A stretch of DNA of 63,938 nt, filler included, from Lama guanicoe (GCA_013239625.1; 197 parts of 197 records of this genome joined end to end with filler, not necessarily neighbours in it), one strand, 5' to 3'; positions 1 to 12,755 are shown, numbered from the whole stretch's first letter. Notes: generated from the sequence alone by a model not told the origin. Numbers and translations: made by a program.

Positions 1-1625
1 GCAATGGCCCTGCTGGGGTCCCACATCCCAGGAAGATGGGGAGAAGGGCTGCTGGTCAGTCGAGGCCCAAGGAAGGGAAGAGACCTCCCCAGGTCACCCA
101 GCACAGGAGGGCAGTCGGGTGGGACCCAGGCCTTCGGGCTTGTCACAGGCTCTGTTCTTAGGACAAGGGCACAGGCCTGACTGGGAAAGAAGCATCAGGA
201 AAGTGAATAACCCTGCAGACAGGGCNNNNNNNNNNNNNNNNNNNNNNNNNNNNNNNNNNNNNNNNNNNNTTAATTAATTAANNNNNNNNNNNNNNNNNNN
301 NNNNNNNNNNNNNNNNNNNNNNNNNCACTTAGAATGACAATCTCCAGATCCACCCATGCTGCTGAAAATGCATGGTTTACTTTTGAAGTATGCAAACGTT
401 CTTTATTTATTTACGTATTTTTATATATGTGTGCATTTCTATGTATTTATTTATTTTGGTTTTCACTGACAGCGTACCACCACAGAGGGCAGCGGGATGC
501 AGTAAATAAGAACAGTGTGATCTGTAAAGAGTCTGGGATCAACAATAAAANNNNNNNNNNNNNNNNNNNNNNNNNNNNNNNNNNNNNNNNNNNNTTAATT
601 AATTAANNNNNNNNNNNNNNNNNNNNNNNNNNNNNNNNNNNNNNNNNNNNGAAATGCTGATTAACTCAAGCTAATGGGAAAAAGAAATTACTTCTGAACT
701 TGCAATACCGGGAGCACCTGTTCCTGTGTAAGGCCCTGACTGAGCAGCCACTTCCACTTTTGCTCTGCTATCTCTTTCCTTTTTAATTTTAATCCAACAA
801 AGGAAAAATATATTCCTTTTAGTAAAATGCTTGTATAGTGACCCAGTAATCATTCTTGATGAAGAGAACAGAATANNNNNNNNNNNNNNNNNNNNNNNNN
901 NNNNNNNNNNNNNNNNNNNTTAATTAATTAANNNNNNNNNNNNNNNNNNNNNNNNNNNNNNNNNNNNNNNNNNNNCTCCTTTTCTTCATCTGGAAAGTAG
1001 AGGTGGTGGTAAACCAGCCTGCCCACCTCACGGGACATTTATTTTTGTGTATAATTTTAAAATATGTAACAGATACAGTAGCCTTCTGTAAATTACAAAG
1101 TGTCATGTCTGTGTAACATGGAATCATTTTCTCATGAGGGCCCATTCTTCACTGTAATCAGATCTGACCAAAGCCTGGTCAGATCTAATCGCTGGAGAAT
1201 NNNNNNNNNNNNNNNNNNNNNNNNNNNNNNNNNNNNNNNNNNNNTTAATTAATTAANNNNNNNNNNNNNNNNNNNNNNNNNNNNNNNNNNNNNNNNNNNN
1301 CTTTTCAACATGGTTAACCTCTGCAAACATAAATTTTAGTATCCCCTTAGCTGTGTGTGTTGGTCCAGACCGCATGTGTTAACAGTGCTTACATCCACAA
1401 TTCCTGCCATATCATAGAAGCAATAAATATAGGTTAATTGAATGAGTTGTAAGATCATAGATTATTTTTACCTCCCTCTTTGTGCTTTTTAGCATTTCTG
1501 AATTTTTACATCAATTATGTATTGCNNNNNNNNNNNNNNNNNNNNNNNNNNNNNNNNNNNNNNNNNNNNTTAATTAATTAANNNNNNNNNNNNNNNNNNN
1601 NNNNNNNNNNNNNNNNNNNNNNNNN

Positions 1626-1731
1626 TTCCCCTCTTCCTCTGCTGAGTTAATCCTTCATGATAACTGCCATCACATACGGTTTCTGATCCTTTCAGTTCAC
1701 CACTTTTGCTTCTGTTCTCTTCTACTTCAAC
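1626..1731 (-). CDS. ANKRD26/POTE/CCDC144-family internal exon (partial)
   Basis: Minus strand has acceptor ctttccctgaag|GTTGAAG, then VEVEENRSKSGELKGSETVCDGSYHEGLTQQRKRG. This resembles the remembered ANKRD26 exon VEEERKKHRNNEMEVSANIHDG...DGLIQKRKSG. Confidence 0.7.
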
Positions 1732-2735
1732 CTTCAGGGAAAGTTTGATACGAAGGGTAATTATTACTTTATTCATTATAAAGACTTTGTTAATCATTCA
1801 CTTTATCATTTGACTCAGAGTTTGCCCTGATTTCAATTGATTAAAATATTNNNNNNNNNNNNNNNNNNNNNNNNNNNNNNNNNNNNNNNNNNNNTTAATT
1901 AATTAANNNNNNNNNNNNNNNNNNNNNNNNNNNNNNNNNNNNNNNNNNNNAGAGATATTGAGAAGAATTGGGTTTGCTTGATAAGTGGCATGAGCCAGAT
2001 TCCTTATCGACAAATTGGGAACAAGGGCCCTCTGGGCAGTCAGGGCACCTGGGTGGTGCTCATCCCAGGACTCCCCTAGCACCGGTGGAGTTCCCCCAGA
2101 CCCAAAGAGTTTGTATCGTTAATCACGTCTGCAAATTTATTTTAGCCATTTGAAGTAGCATGTTCAGATATTCTGNNNNNNNNNNNNNNNNNNNNNNNNN
2201 NNNNNNNNNNNNNNNNNNNTTAATTAATTAANNNNNNNNNNNNNNNNNNNNNNNNNNNNNNNNNNNNNNNNNNNNTGAAAGGGCATTAGCTACTTAGAAG
2301 GTACTGTGGAAATATAAGTTAGTTTTCATTATTTTTAAACTGTGAATTAATAAAATTTATTTCTTATCGAACAGCTCAACTTTCAAAAAATCCCTGAAAA
2401 TGATTCCCTTAAATGAGCTTTTCTTCATGTACAAAATCCATAATAATCACATTGAGTGACATGGTTTGTGTGGCAGCTGGTGTCATGTTAAACCTGTGAA
2501 NNNNNNNNNNNNNNNNNNNNNNNNNNNNNNNNNNNNNNNNNNNNTTAATTAATTAANNNNNNNNNNNNNNNNNNNNNNNNNNNNNNNNNNNNNNNNNNNN
2601 CCAAGTCCCCAAAGTGGCACTGATCGCTACTGGATTTGCTTAATCAGACATCTCTTGATCTGAATTAAATTCTTTTTTTGAAACAAGCTGGGGTACAATC
2701 AATGAAATAACATAAAATAAAGCTAATTTATACAC

Positions 2736-2825
2736 ATCAAAGTTGAGTGGGTCCCTGGGGAATAGACTCTGTGCTGGAGATTAGCATGCAAGGCTTTTAT
2801 CAGAGAAAGCTCCCAGGAACAGCAC
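2736..2825 (-). mobile_element. ERVL LTR end (LTR33/LTR16-like); repeated in the twin contig at about 3061-3150
   Basis: gggtccctggggaatagactctgtgctggagattagcatgcaaggcttttat resembles the reverse of the LTR16/33 3' end. The opposite orientation is seen at about 61757-61850. Confidence 0.55.
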
Positions 2826-4619
2826 NNNNNNNNNNNNNNNNNNNNNNNNNNNNNNNNNNNNNNNNNNNNTTAATTAATTAANNNNNNNNNNNNNNNNNNN
2901 NNNNNNNNNNNNNNNNNNNNNNNNNCCAAGTCCCCAAAGTGGCACTGATCGCTACTGGATTTGCTTAATCAGACTTCTCTTGATCTGAATTAAATTCTTT
3001 TTTTGGAACAAGCTGGGGTACAATCAATGAAATAACATAAAATAAAGCTACTTTATACACATCAAAGTTGAGTGGGTCCCTGGGGAATAGACTCTGTGCT
3101 AGAGATTAGCATGCAAGGCTTTTATCAGAGAAAGCTCCCAGGAACAGCACNNNNNNNNNNNNNNNNNNNNNNNNNNNNNNNNNNNNNNNNNNNNTTAATT
3201 AATTAANNNNNNNNNNNNNNNNNNNNNNNNNNNNNNNNNNNNNNNNNNNNCACAACAGCCTGACTTGAGTGAGGGCTTTATCTTAAGTCTCAGTATGGAA
3301 AACGGGATCTTCTCAGGTCCTACTCAAACGTCACCTAAAAAACCTGAAAGTCTTCTACACTTGCCCATTTCTTAAATATATAATGGAAAATAACAGAACC
3401 ATTAAAGTGAGGGGAAATTTACACATCAGTGAATCAAGCCTCTTAGGAGATTGAATTCTTGATGTTGTAAATATCNNNNNNNNNNNNNNNNNNNNNNNNN
3501 NNNNNNNNNNNNNNNNNNNTTAATTAATTAANNNNNNNNNNNNNNNNNNNNNNNNNNNNNNNNNNNNNNNNNNNNCAATTCTGCAGGAGTCTTTGATGGA
3601 AAGTCATTGGGACATTATGTAGTTTCTTTAATACGTACAATGTTAAGGAAAATATTTCTTGGCTTGCTTTCTAACGTGAGCCCTCTTCAGCCTCTTTCTC
3701 CTGTGCTGCTAATGTATCTTTATGTCATCGTAGAAAAGTACCGAATTTGACCTGCCTCATGTCTTAGCCTCCTGCCATTTGGAACTATGTGCCAATTACT
3801 NNNNNNNNNNNNNNNNNNNNNNNNNNNNNNNNNNNNNNNNNNNNTTAATTAATTAANNNNNNNNNNNNNNNNNNNNNNNNNNNNNNNNNNNNNNNNNNNN
3901 AGGAAGCCTTCTCTGGGCCACTCTCAGAGTGTGATTTCAGGCACAGACGGGGCCAGGATGCCAGCCCCTCTACACGCAGTGGGGATCTGTAGCCAGCTGT
4001 TGGATCCAGTTTTTTCTAATTCCAAGCCTTCTTAGATCTAGAGGTCTCGCATGCTTGCTAAAAACAAACAGAACACGTCACAGACCCTATCCAGAACCAG
4101 TGATTGTCCCTGGGAACCTGCAGGTNNNNNNNNNNNNNNNNNNNNNNNNNNNNNNNNNNNNNNNNNNNNTTAATTAATTAANNNNNNNNNNNNNNNNNNN
4201 NNNNNNNNNNNNNNNNNNNNNNNNNTTATAACTTTTAAGGTCTACACTCATAGTAAATATCAATGTGCAATACAATATTAATCATTAGAATCACCTTGCT
4301 GTTGAATTATTTCGTAACTAAAAGTCTGTATGTTTTGATCCCTTCATCCATTCTGCCAATACCCTACCCCTACCTCTGGAAATCACCATTCTGTTCTGTG
4401 CATCTATGAGCTTGTTTTTTTGTATGCTGATTTTAGTTTTGCAGATTAGANNNNNNNNNNNNNNNNNNNNNNNNNNNNNNNNNNNNNNNNNNNNTTAATT
4501 AATTAANNNNNNNNNNNNNNNNNNNNNNNNNNNNNNNNNNNNNNNNNNNNTCTGCCAGAGGAGAGGAAGGAGGGAGAGGAGAGGACAGGCCGATTCCTAA
4601 ATTCTACTTTATGCTCTCC

Positions 4620-4775
4620 TTTTGGTCATTGATAACATTTACGGAACACTGACTATGTACCAGGCACTTACCAAGGCTTTACACGAATTAACACCTGTAA
4701 TTGTCACAGCCACCCCACATGGAGATATTATCCCAGTTAGAATTGGGAAGCTGAGGCTTAAAGAGGTTACGCACT
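4620..4775 (-). mobile_element. MIR SINE fragment
   Basis: acatttacggaacactgactatgtaccaggcact...attatcccagttag...gaagctgaggcttaaagaggtta is a typical MIR core. Similar MIR pieces lie at about 5540-5680, 44523-44747 and 58540-58660. Confidence 0.7.
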
Positions 4776-4894
4776 NNNNNNNNNNNNNNNNNNNNNNNNN
4801 NNNNNNNNNNNNNNNNNNNTTAATTAATTAANNNNNNNNNNNNNNNNNNNNNNNNNNNNNNNNNNNNNNNNNNNNAAGTATTCAGTAGCCCTGT

Positions 4895-5100
4895 AATTTT
4901 TAAAATATTTTTATTGACATATAGTCAGTTTGCAATGCTGTGTCAGTTTCTGGGGTACAACAGAATGCTTCAGTCATATAGGAACATACATATGTTCTCT
5001 TCCATATTCTTTTTTACCATAAATTACTACTAGTCATTAAATATAGTTCCCTGTGCTGTACAGTATAAGCTAGTTGTTGTCTACTTTATATAGATTAGTA
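4895..5100 (-). mobile_element. LINE-1 3' end (cetartiodactyl/camelid type)
   Basis: ttttattgacatatagtcagtttgcaatgctgtgtcagtttctggggtacaacag...aatatagttccctgtgctgtacagta is the L1 3' UTR in antisense. Related copies at 10074-10298, 10399-10623, 21774-21998 (+) and 36398-36622 (+). Confidence 0.8.
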
Positions 5101-5850
5101 NNNNNNNNNNNNNNNNNNNNNNNNNNNNNNNNNNNNNNNNNNNNTTAATTAATTAANNNNNNNNNNNNNNNNNNNNNNNNNNNNNNNNNNNNNNNNNNNN
5201 TTTTGTGATTCAGTTTTTAGAAATTCATTTTATTAAAAAAAATGCAGAAACTCATTTTTCATTGCTTTACAGCTAGAGCACCAAAGCCTTAATTCTAGGA
5301 CTATATTCCTCAATGGAAGGCAAATAGAAGATTAAAATTATTGTAAAGAAGAAAATATCTTGCAGGGTCCATTTTCCCACTTTAAGATAAGCCATTCATT
5401 CAGAAATAACTAGCAAACTGAACAGNNNNNNNNNNNNNNNNNNNNNNNNNNNNNNNNNNNNNNNNNNNNTTAATTAATTAANNNNNNNNNNNNNNNNNNN
5501 NNNNNNNNNNNNNNNNNNNNNNNNNGCTCCTTTTAGGCCCACGAAGCCCTCGTACTATAGCCATTTTACAGATCGGGCAACTGAGGCTGAGAGAGATGAC
5601 TTAAGTCATCAAAGGTCGGAGTGAGTCGACAGCTGCTGCCAGGATGCTCGCTCACTCCGGATTGCTCGCTGACTCCGAAGCATTGCCCTCTGCCCTTGGC
5701 AAGGTGGTGTGGTCACGGAGCTACAGCAGCCAGAATTACGCGGGGCGTAANNNNNNNNNNNNNNNNNNNNNNNNNNNNNNNNNNNNNNNNNNNNTTAATT
5801 AATTAANNNNNNNNNNNNNNNNNNNNNNNNNNNNNNNNNNNNNNNNNNNN

Positions 5851-6075
5851 CCGCGGGCCAGCCTAGCTCCCGCGCCCCTGGGACCCAGAGCAGTCAGGGT
5901 GCCGTCCTGGGGGAGTGGCAGGCGGTGACAGGGGTGCACGGCCCTCCCCCGGGGGGGCCGTGAGATTCGGGGCGGGGGCTGAGAGCACGCGTCCCAGGGC
6001 CGCCGGGTCCTCCCGCTGCACGGGACGCTTCCTGATTCCAAATACCTTTCCTGTGTCTCCCCTGTGCTTACAGGA
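5851..6075. other. CpG-island-like fragment
   Basis: Very GC-rich with many CpGs. No gene recognised. Confidence 0.55.
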
Positions 6076-6854
6076 NNNNNNNNNNNNNNNNNNNNNNNNN
6101 NNNNNNNNNNNNNNNNNNNTTAATTAATTAANNNNNNNNNNNNNNNNNNNNNNNNNNNNNNNNNNNNNNNNNNNNGTGCAAAATGAAAATGTCAAAATTA
6201 ATTCGTCAGTAATTTCAATAGATGTCCCACATAATACAAAATTACCATGCCTTTAATAAGACCTCATCTCCCTCCCTCAGTCTCTCTCAGGTACACACAC
6301 ACACTCTGTCACAATTACTGCTAATGAGATGTAAGGAAAGCGTGTAAGTGCCCTTGAAGGGAGAAGATGGGTTTTTCATTTTTTTCTCTTCTTTCTGGCT
6401 NNNNNNNNNNNNNNNNNNNNNNNNNNNNNNNNNNNNNNNNNNNNTTAATTAATTAANNNNNNNNNNNNNNNNNNNNNNNNNNNNNNNNNNNNNNNNNNNN
6501 CTTAGTCAGAGTACTAAGCGAATCCCACACAGCCCATTCCCTGCCCCAGCAAACCTATGGAATAATTTGATTCTAAAATAACCATTTTCTCCCACGAGTA
6601 TGGCATAAAGTGGTGAGTACTGAGTGCCACATACCTCCCATGAAGACATCACAAAGCCAAGCACAGCATGGAGCAGTGCATTTCCTTTATCCTAAGAGAA
6701 GAAAGAAGAATATGGATTTTTTTTTNNNNNNNNNNNNNNNNNNNNNNNNNNNNNNNNNNNNNNNNNNNNTTAATTAATTAANNNNNNNNNNNNNNNNNNN
6801 NNNNNNNNNNNNNNNNNNNNNNNNNCGCAGGGCTCCCTGCTTAGCGCAGACGAC

Positions 6855-7050
6855 ATGGCCGAGAGCTCCCCGCCGCCATCCTCGCCTGCTGCAGCCCCGG
6901 CCGCTGAGCCAGGAGTCACGGAGCAGCCAGGGCCCCGCAGCCCCGCTCCTTCCCCTCCCGGCCCGGAGGAGCCCCTGGATGGAGCCGGTCCGGACGTCCC
7001 GCACCCGGACCTGGCGCCTGTTGCCTTCTTCTGCCTGCGACAGACCACCA
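6855..7050 (+). CDS. CACNA1I: T-type calcium channel Cav3.3 alpha-1I, first coding exon (partial)
   Basis: Good Kozak context gacATGG. The translation MAESSPPPSSPAAAPAAEPGVTEQPGPRSPAPSPPGPEEPLDGAGPDVPHPDLAPVAFFCLRQTT closely matches the remembered human N-terminus MAESASPPSSSAAAPAAEPGVTTEQPGPRSPPSSPPGLEEPLDGADPHVPHPDLAPIAFFCLRQTT. Confidence 0.96.
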
Positions 7051-8125
7051 NNNNNNNNNNNNNNNNNNNNNNNNNNNNNNNNNNNNNNNNNNNNTTAATT
7101 AATTAANNNNNNNNNNNNNNNNNNNNNNNNNNNNNNNNNNNNNNNNNNNNAAAGTGGTAGGCCCTTTGTGTAATTGGGAGAGTGCTTTCAAATTTTTTTT
7201 AAAATATCATGCTAATCATAGAAAACAGCTGGAATACAACTTAGGGGCCACTAGTGTACAACCCCTTGTAATAATGCCTTTTCTCCCGACAAAATCATGA
7301 CTGTATTTCAGAAAATATTTATTACGTTCTTTTACCTTAATACACAAGTTATTGTCTTTCTCTCTCAGATAATTTNNNNNNNNNNNNNNNNNNNNNNNNN
7401 NNNNNNNNNNNNNNNNNNNTTAATTAATTAANNNNNNNNNNNNNNNNNNNNNNNNNNNNNNNNNNNNNNNNNNNNCACTTGCTGGGGGCACCGCCACCTA
7501 CAGGGGAAGGCGCGGAGGGCCTGGGAGGTGACGTACGTGTCAGGATGCTGGACGCTCGTTGTCGGGTCTGTCTTCCCAAATCTGGGCTCGGAACACTTGC
7601 CCCCTCCCCAACCCTGCATGAAAGTGTTAAGATAATTAAGCAAAATGATGCGTGTCAAGTATCCAGCAATCACGCAGCGGAAGGTGTTCTCAGTTTTCCT
7701 NNNNNNNNNNNNNNNNNNNNNNNNNNNNNNNNNNNNNNNNNNNNTTAATTAATTAANNNNNNNNNNNNNNNNNNNNNNNNNNNNNNNNNNNNNNNNNNNN
7801 TGCAGGGCCAGAGCATACCTGGGAGCTCACATCCTATACATGTAAACATTTTAAGTGCAGCAGGTTCTAAACTCCTGCCTTTACAAATATACATTCATTA
7901 AAAGTGGGACTGCCAGGTTCAAATTCAGAATTCCCAGACACAGGGGAATCCGACAAAGAAGCTGAGCATGTGGGGAAAGCTGATTCCCAGTCTCTGATCA
8001 CTAGCCTGACCCTTTTCTTCCCAATNNNNNNNNNNNNNNNNNNNNNNNNNNNNNNNNNNNNNNNNNNNNTTAATTAATTAANNNNNNNNNNNNNNNNNNN
8101 NNNNNNNNNNNNNNNNNNNNNNNNN

Positions 8126-8350
8126 ATTTGCCCCAGGCTCCCATCTCTCCCACACCTGGCTTGCTGACAGCCTTTGCTGCCCCCACCCCGTGACGGGACA
8201 CACATTTCCCAGTTTGCTTACAGGAGGCTGGCGAGTTAGGGTCAGCTGGTAGCGGTCAGGTGGCCCCCGCACCCCCTCCACCGCACCCCGCCCGCCTCCC
8301 AGGAGCAGAAAGACCTGTAACCTCCGTCCTGCGAACCTGGGGCAGCAGAG
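8126..8350 (+). repeat. Unassigned GC-rich repeat family C, copy 1 (homolog at 60779-61004)
   Basis: Shares colinear blocks atttgccccaggctcc, cagcctttgctgc, cgggacacacatttcc, agtttgcttac and ggtcagctggtagcggtcaggtggccccc with 60779-61004. Confidence 0.8.
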
Positions 8351-9425
8351 NNNNNNNNNNNNNNNNNNNNNNNNNNNNNNNNNNNNNNNNNNNNTTAATT
8401 AATTAANNNNNNNNNNNNNNNNNNNNNNNNNNNNNNNNNNNNNNNNNNNNATATATATATATATATGAAACAGAACTTTATTTTCCTGTAAGTGTAAATT
8501 CAAACTTTACCAAAATTCTATTTCTCACCTATGGTTGAAATAATTTTAGACACGTTAATTTTTCCATTAGCTTTCTGTATTATTAACAGTCTTATTTTTG
8601 TGTGTATTATCATGGCCTCACCTTTGGGAATGCACTTTGGTGATTTGTGAAGGCATGTTAAGTGTGTGTGTGTGTNNNNNNNNNNNNNNNNNNNNNNNNN
8701 NNNNNNNNNNNNNNNNNNNTTAATTAATTAANNNNNNNNNNNNNNNNNNNNNNNNNNNNNNNNNNNNNNNNNNNNTTATCCAGTCATCTGTTGATGGACA
8801 TTTAAGTTGCTTCCATGTCTTGGCCGTTGTTAATAGTGCTGTGATCATTGGGGTGCATGTATCTTTTTGAATTAGAGAAAAACAATTTTTTGTGTCATTC
8901 AGTTAATCTGTTTTTTGTCTCACTTCTGAAATTTATATATATATATATTTTTATATATATATGTTAATATATATCATTAGATTCTGATCATAATACCAAC
9001 NNNNNNNNNNNNNNNNNNNNNNNNNNNNNNNNNNNNNNNNNNNNTTAATTAATTAANNNNNNNNNNNNNNNNNNNNNNNNNNNNNNNNNNNNNNNNNNNN
9101 TCACGGGTTAAGTATGTAGGACTAATATTACCAGAATAGATGGTATATGAATGTTCAACTTCATAAAAGAATACAATTTTTTTTTATCAAGAAAAGTTAA
9201 CACTAACTTATAGTACACCAACAATTCATGAGATACTGGTGATTCATATCCCTTCCAGCCTTTGATGCTGTTATAGTTAAATTAATGCTAAATGAGTGAA
9301 AATGAGATTTTATTAAATTAGTAATNNNNNNNNNNNNNNNNNNNNNNNNNNNNNNNNNNNNNNNNNNNNTTAATTAATTAANNNNNNNNNNNNNNNNNNN
9401 NNNNNNNNNNNNNNNNNNNNNNNNN

Positions 9426-9648
9426 TGAAAGTCATACTTCCCCTAGATTGTTGGGAACACAAAGTTTCTCTTCAATTTCAATCTCCTCTACATTCATATA
9501 TATGGGGAGGTACTAACTCCAACACGGTTTTACGGTGAGAACTGCCGGAACTTCAAACCGGCACTAGGAAACAGACTGAGAAACCATAGTAAACGTTTTT
9601 CCTGCAACTTGTTCCCTTTGTGCTAGATGAACGAACGTCTCTCCACAT
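9426..9648 (+). repeat. Satellite-like repeat family A, copy 1 (reverse-complement homolog at 57197-57420)
   Basis: Colinear with the reverse complement of 57197-57420 along its length (aacacaaagttt, ggaacttcaaaccggcacta, gttccctttgtgctagat, aacgaacgtctct). No coding or known interspersed-repeat signature recognised. Confidence 0.75.
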
Positions 9649-9748
9649 NNNNNNNNNNNNNNNNNNNNNNNNNNNNNNNNNNNNNNNNNNNNTTAATTAA
9701 TTAANNNNNNNNNNNNNNNNNNNNNNNNNNNNNNNNNNNNNNNNNNNN

Positions 9749-9840
9749 TTTTATATAATGGATGTGAACACTGACAGATATTTAGTATCCAGAGGGTTTC
9801 CTGGAACCAATACCTCACAGATAGGGAGGGAAGCTGTATA
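9749..9840. mobile_element. TcMar-Tigger (MER2/Tigger3-like) terminal fragment, followed by L1 sequence
   Basis: ttttatataatggatgtgaacact...ttagtatccagaggg...cctggaaccaatacctcacagata...ctgtata resembles the MER2/Tigger3 end. Confidence 0.55.
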
Positions 9841-10723
9841 CACTGTCAAAAAAACAATGGGGATAAGTCATCATGAACTTGGATTTAGCAATTTTTTTAG
9901 ATCTGATAACAAACACAAGCAAGTTAAGAAAAAATAAATTGCCTTTCCTCAAAATTAAAGACTTTTGTACATCNNNNNNNNNNNNNNNNNNNNNNNNNNN
10001 NNNNNNNNNNNNNNNNNTTAATTAATTAANNNNNNNNNNNNNNNNNNNNNNNNNNNNNNNNNNNNNNNNNNNNGATTTTTTTCCATTATAGTTTACTACA
10101 AGAGATTGAATGTAGTTCCCCATGCTATACAGTAGGGCCTTGTTCTTTGTCTATTTTATGTATAGTAATTTGTATGTGATAATCTCAAACACCTGATCTA
10201 CCCCTCTCCTTGATTTCCCTTTGTTAACTGTCAGTTTGTTTTCTAGGTCTGTGAGTATGTTTCTGCTTTGCAAATTAGTTTATTTGTATTATTTTTTANN
10301 NNNNNNNNNNNNNNNNNNNNNNNNNNNNNNNNNNNNNNNNNNTTAATTAATTAANNNNNNNNNNNNNNNNNNNNNNNNNNNNNNNNNNNNNNNNNNNNAT
10401 CGAAATATAGTCAGTTACAATGTGTCGATTTCTGGTGTACAGCACGAATGGCCAAGGCATACATATATACACATGTATTCATTTTCATATTCTTTTTCAT
10501 TTAAAGTTATTACAGGATATTGAGTATAGTTCCCTATACTATGTATAAGAAATTTTAAAATCTATTTTTATATATAGTAGTTAATATTTGTATACCTCGA
10601 ACTCCCAAATTTATCCACTTCTTNNNNNNNNNNNNNNNNNNNNNNNNNNNNNNNNNNNNNNNNNNNNTTAATTAATTAANNNNNNNNNNNNNNNNNNNNN
10701 NNNNNNNNNNNNNNNNNNNNNNN

Positions 10724-10948
10724 AGGACATTTTATAATGATTAAAGGAGTAATACAAGATGAGAATATTACAATTGTTAATAAATATTCACACAATATAG
10801 GGGCACCTAAGTACATAAAACAAATACTAACTTAGATAAAGGAAGATACTGATGGGAATACAATCATAGTCAGAGATTTTTAACACCACATTAGCATCTC
10901 TAGACAGATCTTCCAGACAGAAAATAAATAAGGCAACAGAGAAATTAA
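10724..10948 (+). mobile_element. LINE-1 ORF2 endonuclease domain fragment, inactivated
   Basis: GHFIMIKGVIQDENITIVNKYSHNIGAPKYIKQILT*IKEDTDGNTIIVRDF, then a frameshift, then NTTLASLDRSSRQKINK. This is the L1 endonuclease motif with a stop and a frameshift. Confidence 0.92.
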
Positions 10949-11048
10949 NNNNNNNNNNNNNNNNNNNNNNNNNNNNNNNNNNNNNNNNNNNNTTAATTAA
11001 TTAANNNNNNNNNNNNNNNNNNNNNNNNNNNNNNNNNNNNNNNNNNNN

Positions 11049-11273
11049 AATAAACAAATGGGACCTAATTAAACTTATAAGCTTTTTCACAGCAAAGAAA
11101 ATCATAACAAAACAAAAAGACAATCTATGGAATGGAAGAAAATATTTGCAAATGATGAAACTAACAAGGGTTTAATTTCCAGTATATATAAACAGCTCAT
11201 ACAACTTAAAAACATAAACACAAGCAACCCAATCCAAAAACGAGCAGAAGACCTAAATAAGCAATTCTCCAAT
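11049..11273 (+). mobile_element. LINE-1 ORF2 C-terminal fragment
   Basis: INKWDLIKL...[27 protein letters not shown]...[15 protein letters not shown]. Confidence 0.92.
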
Positions 11274-12023
11274 NNNNNNNNNNNNNNNNNNNNNNNNNNN
11301 NNNNNNNNNNNNNNNNNTTAATTAATTAANNNNNNNNNNNNNNNNNNNNNNNNNNNNNNNNNNNNNNNNNNNNGTTATCGAGTACAATTCAGTTGTTTGG
11401 AATTCTTTGTCCAGTGATATTAGATAAATAATTTCGAATGTTTTAAGAAAAAAAAAAACCCAACAGCAGAATATAGAGAAATAAGTATCTTTAAAAACTT
11501 TTGTTTTGCAGAAAAAAGAATTGTCAACATGCAAATTCAGACAGTCACAGAATTCAAAACAATTACTAATGTTGTTGGATATTTAAAGGGCTTGACTTNN
11601 NNNNNNNNNNNNNNNNNNNNNNNNNNNNNNNNNNNNNNNNNNTTAATTAATTAANNNNNNNNNNNNNNNNNNNNNNNNNNNNNNNNNNNNNNNNNNNNGT
11701 GTCGGGGAGAGGGTGGTAGGATGGTTTCACACACGCTCACAAATTCTGATACTCGTCCCCCCAGGAGGTGGAGCTCAACCCCCTCTCCTTAGCATGGGCT
11801 GGATTGGGTGACTTGCTTCTAAGGAATAGTGTGGAGGAAGTGACGTGTGACTCCCAGATCACTGTGACTTCCCCGAGCTCCCTCTCTAGGGCCGCTCACT
11901 CTGGGGAAGCCAGCTGCCATGTCNNNNNNNNNNNNNNNNNNNNNNNNNNNNNNNNNNNNNNNNNNNNTTAATTAATTAANNNNNNNNNNNNNNNNNNNNN
12001 NNNNNNNNNNNNNNNNNNNNNNN

Positions 12024-12248
12024 TTATTATCCAGTCTGCCACTCTATGTCTTTTGACTGGAGCATTTCATCCTTTAGCATTTACAGTAATTAATGATCGA
12101 TGTGTGTTTATTGCAATTTTGAACTTATCTTTGCAGTTGATTTGATATTTCCTCTTTGTACCTTTCTTTTTCCTTTTGTGGTTTGCTAAATTTCCTTTTT
12201 ATTATCATGGATTTTATTTAAATTTTGTGACTCCCTTGTAAGTTTTTG
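12024..12248 (-). mobile_element. LINE-1 inter-ORF/ORF2 5' fragment
   Basis: atccagtctgccactctatgtcttttgactggagcattt...ttagcatttacagtaatta is the antisense of the ORF2 start (ITVNAKG...PVKRHRVADWI). Confidence 0.8.
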
Positions 12249-12673
12249 NNNNNNNNNNNNNNNNNNNNNNNNNNNNNNNNNNNNNNNNNNNNTTAATTAA
12301 TTAANNNNNNNNNNNNNNNNNNNNNNNNNNNNNNNNNNNNNNNNNNNNTCTTTATCATCAGCAAAAGCTCCTTAAGAGTCCCCAGTGTGCAGGCTCCATG
12401 CCACGTGCAGGGACTTCCATCCATGTCACCTTACAGTCCTCACCTGCCGAGGAGCTCAGCACTGGATGGAGGGAAGACTGAATCAACGTGATGGTTTCTT
12501 CCCTAAATAAAGGAGAATGGAAATCAAATGGAGGGCAACACACCTAGGAAAAAATCAGCTATTCTTAACCACANNNNNNNNNNNNNNNNNNNNNNNNNNN
12601 NNNNNNNNNNNNNNNNNTTAATTAATTAANNNNNNNNNNNNNNNNNNNNNNNNNNNNNNNNNNNNNNNNNNNN

Positions 12674-12727
12674 AGGACCTTGTGCATGCTAGGCATGCGC
12701 TCTACCACTTGAGCTATACCCTTCCCC
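12674..12727 (-). mobile_element. Vic-1-type tRNA-Ala-derived SINE, 5' part
   Basis: The reverse complement reads ggggaagggtatagctcaagtggtagagcgcatgcctagcatgcacaaggtcct (A-box head). Confidence 0.85.
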
Positions 12728-12755
12728 ATGAAATAAATGTTTGATACACACCCAT

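Noticed and set aside
2601..3150. Tandem duplications (also 38673-39222)
   Set aside because: The copies are separate contigs divided by the linker. Adjacency reflects assembler output order.
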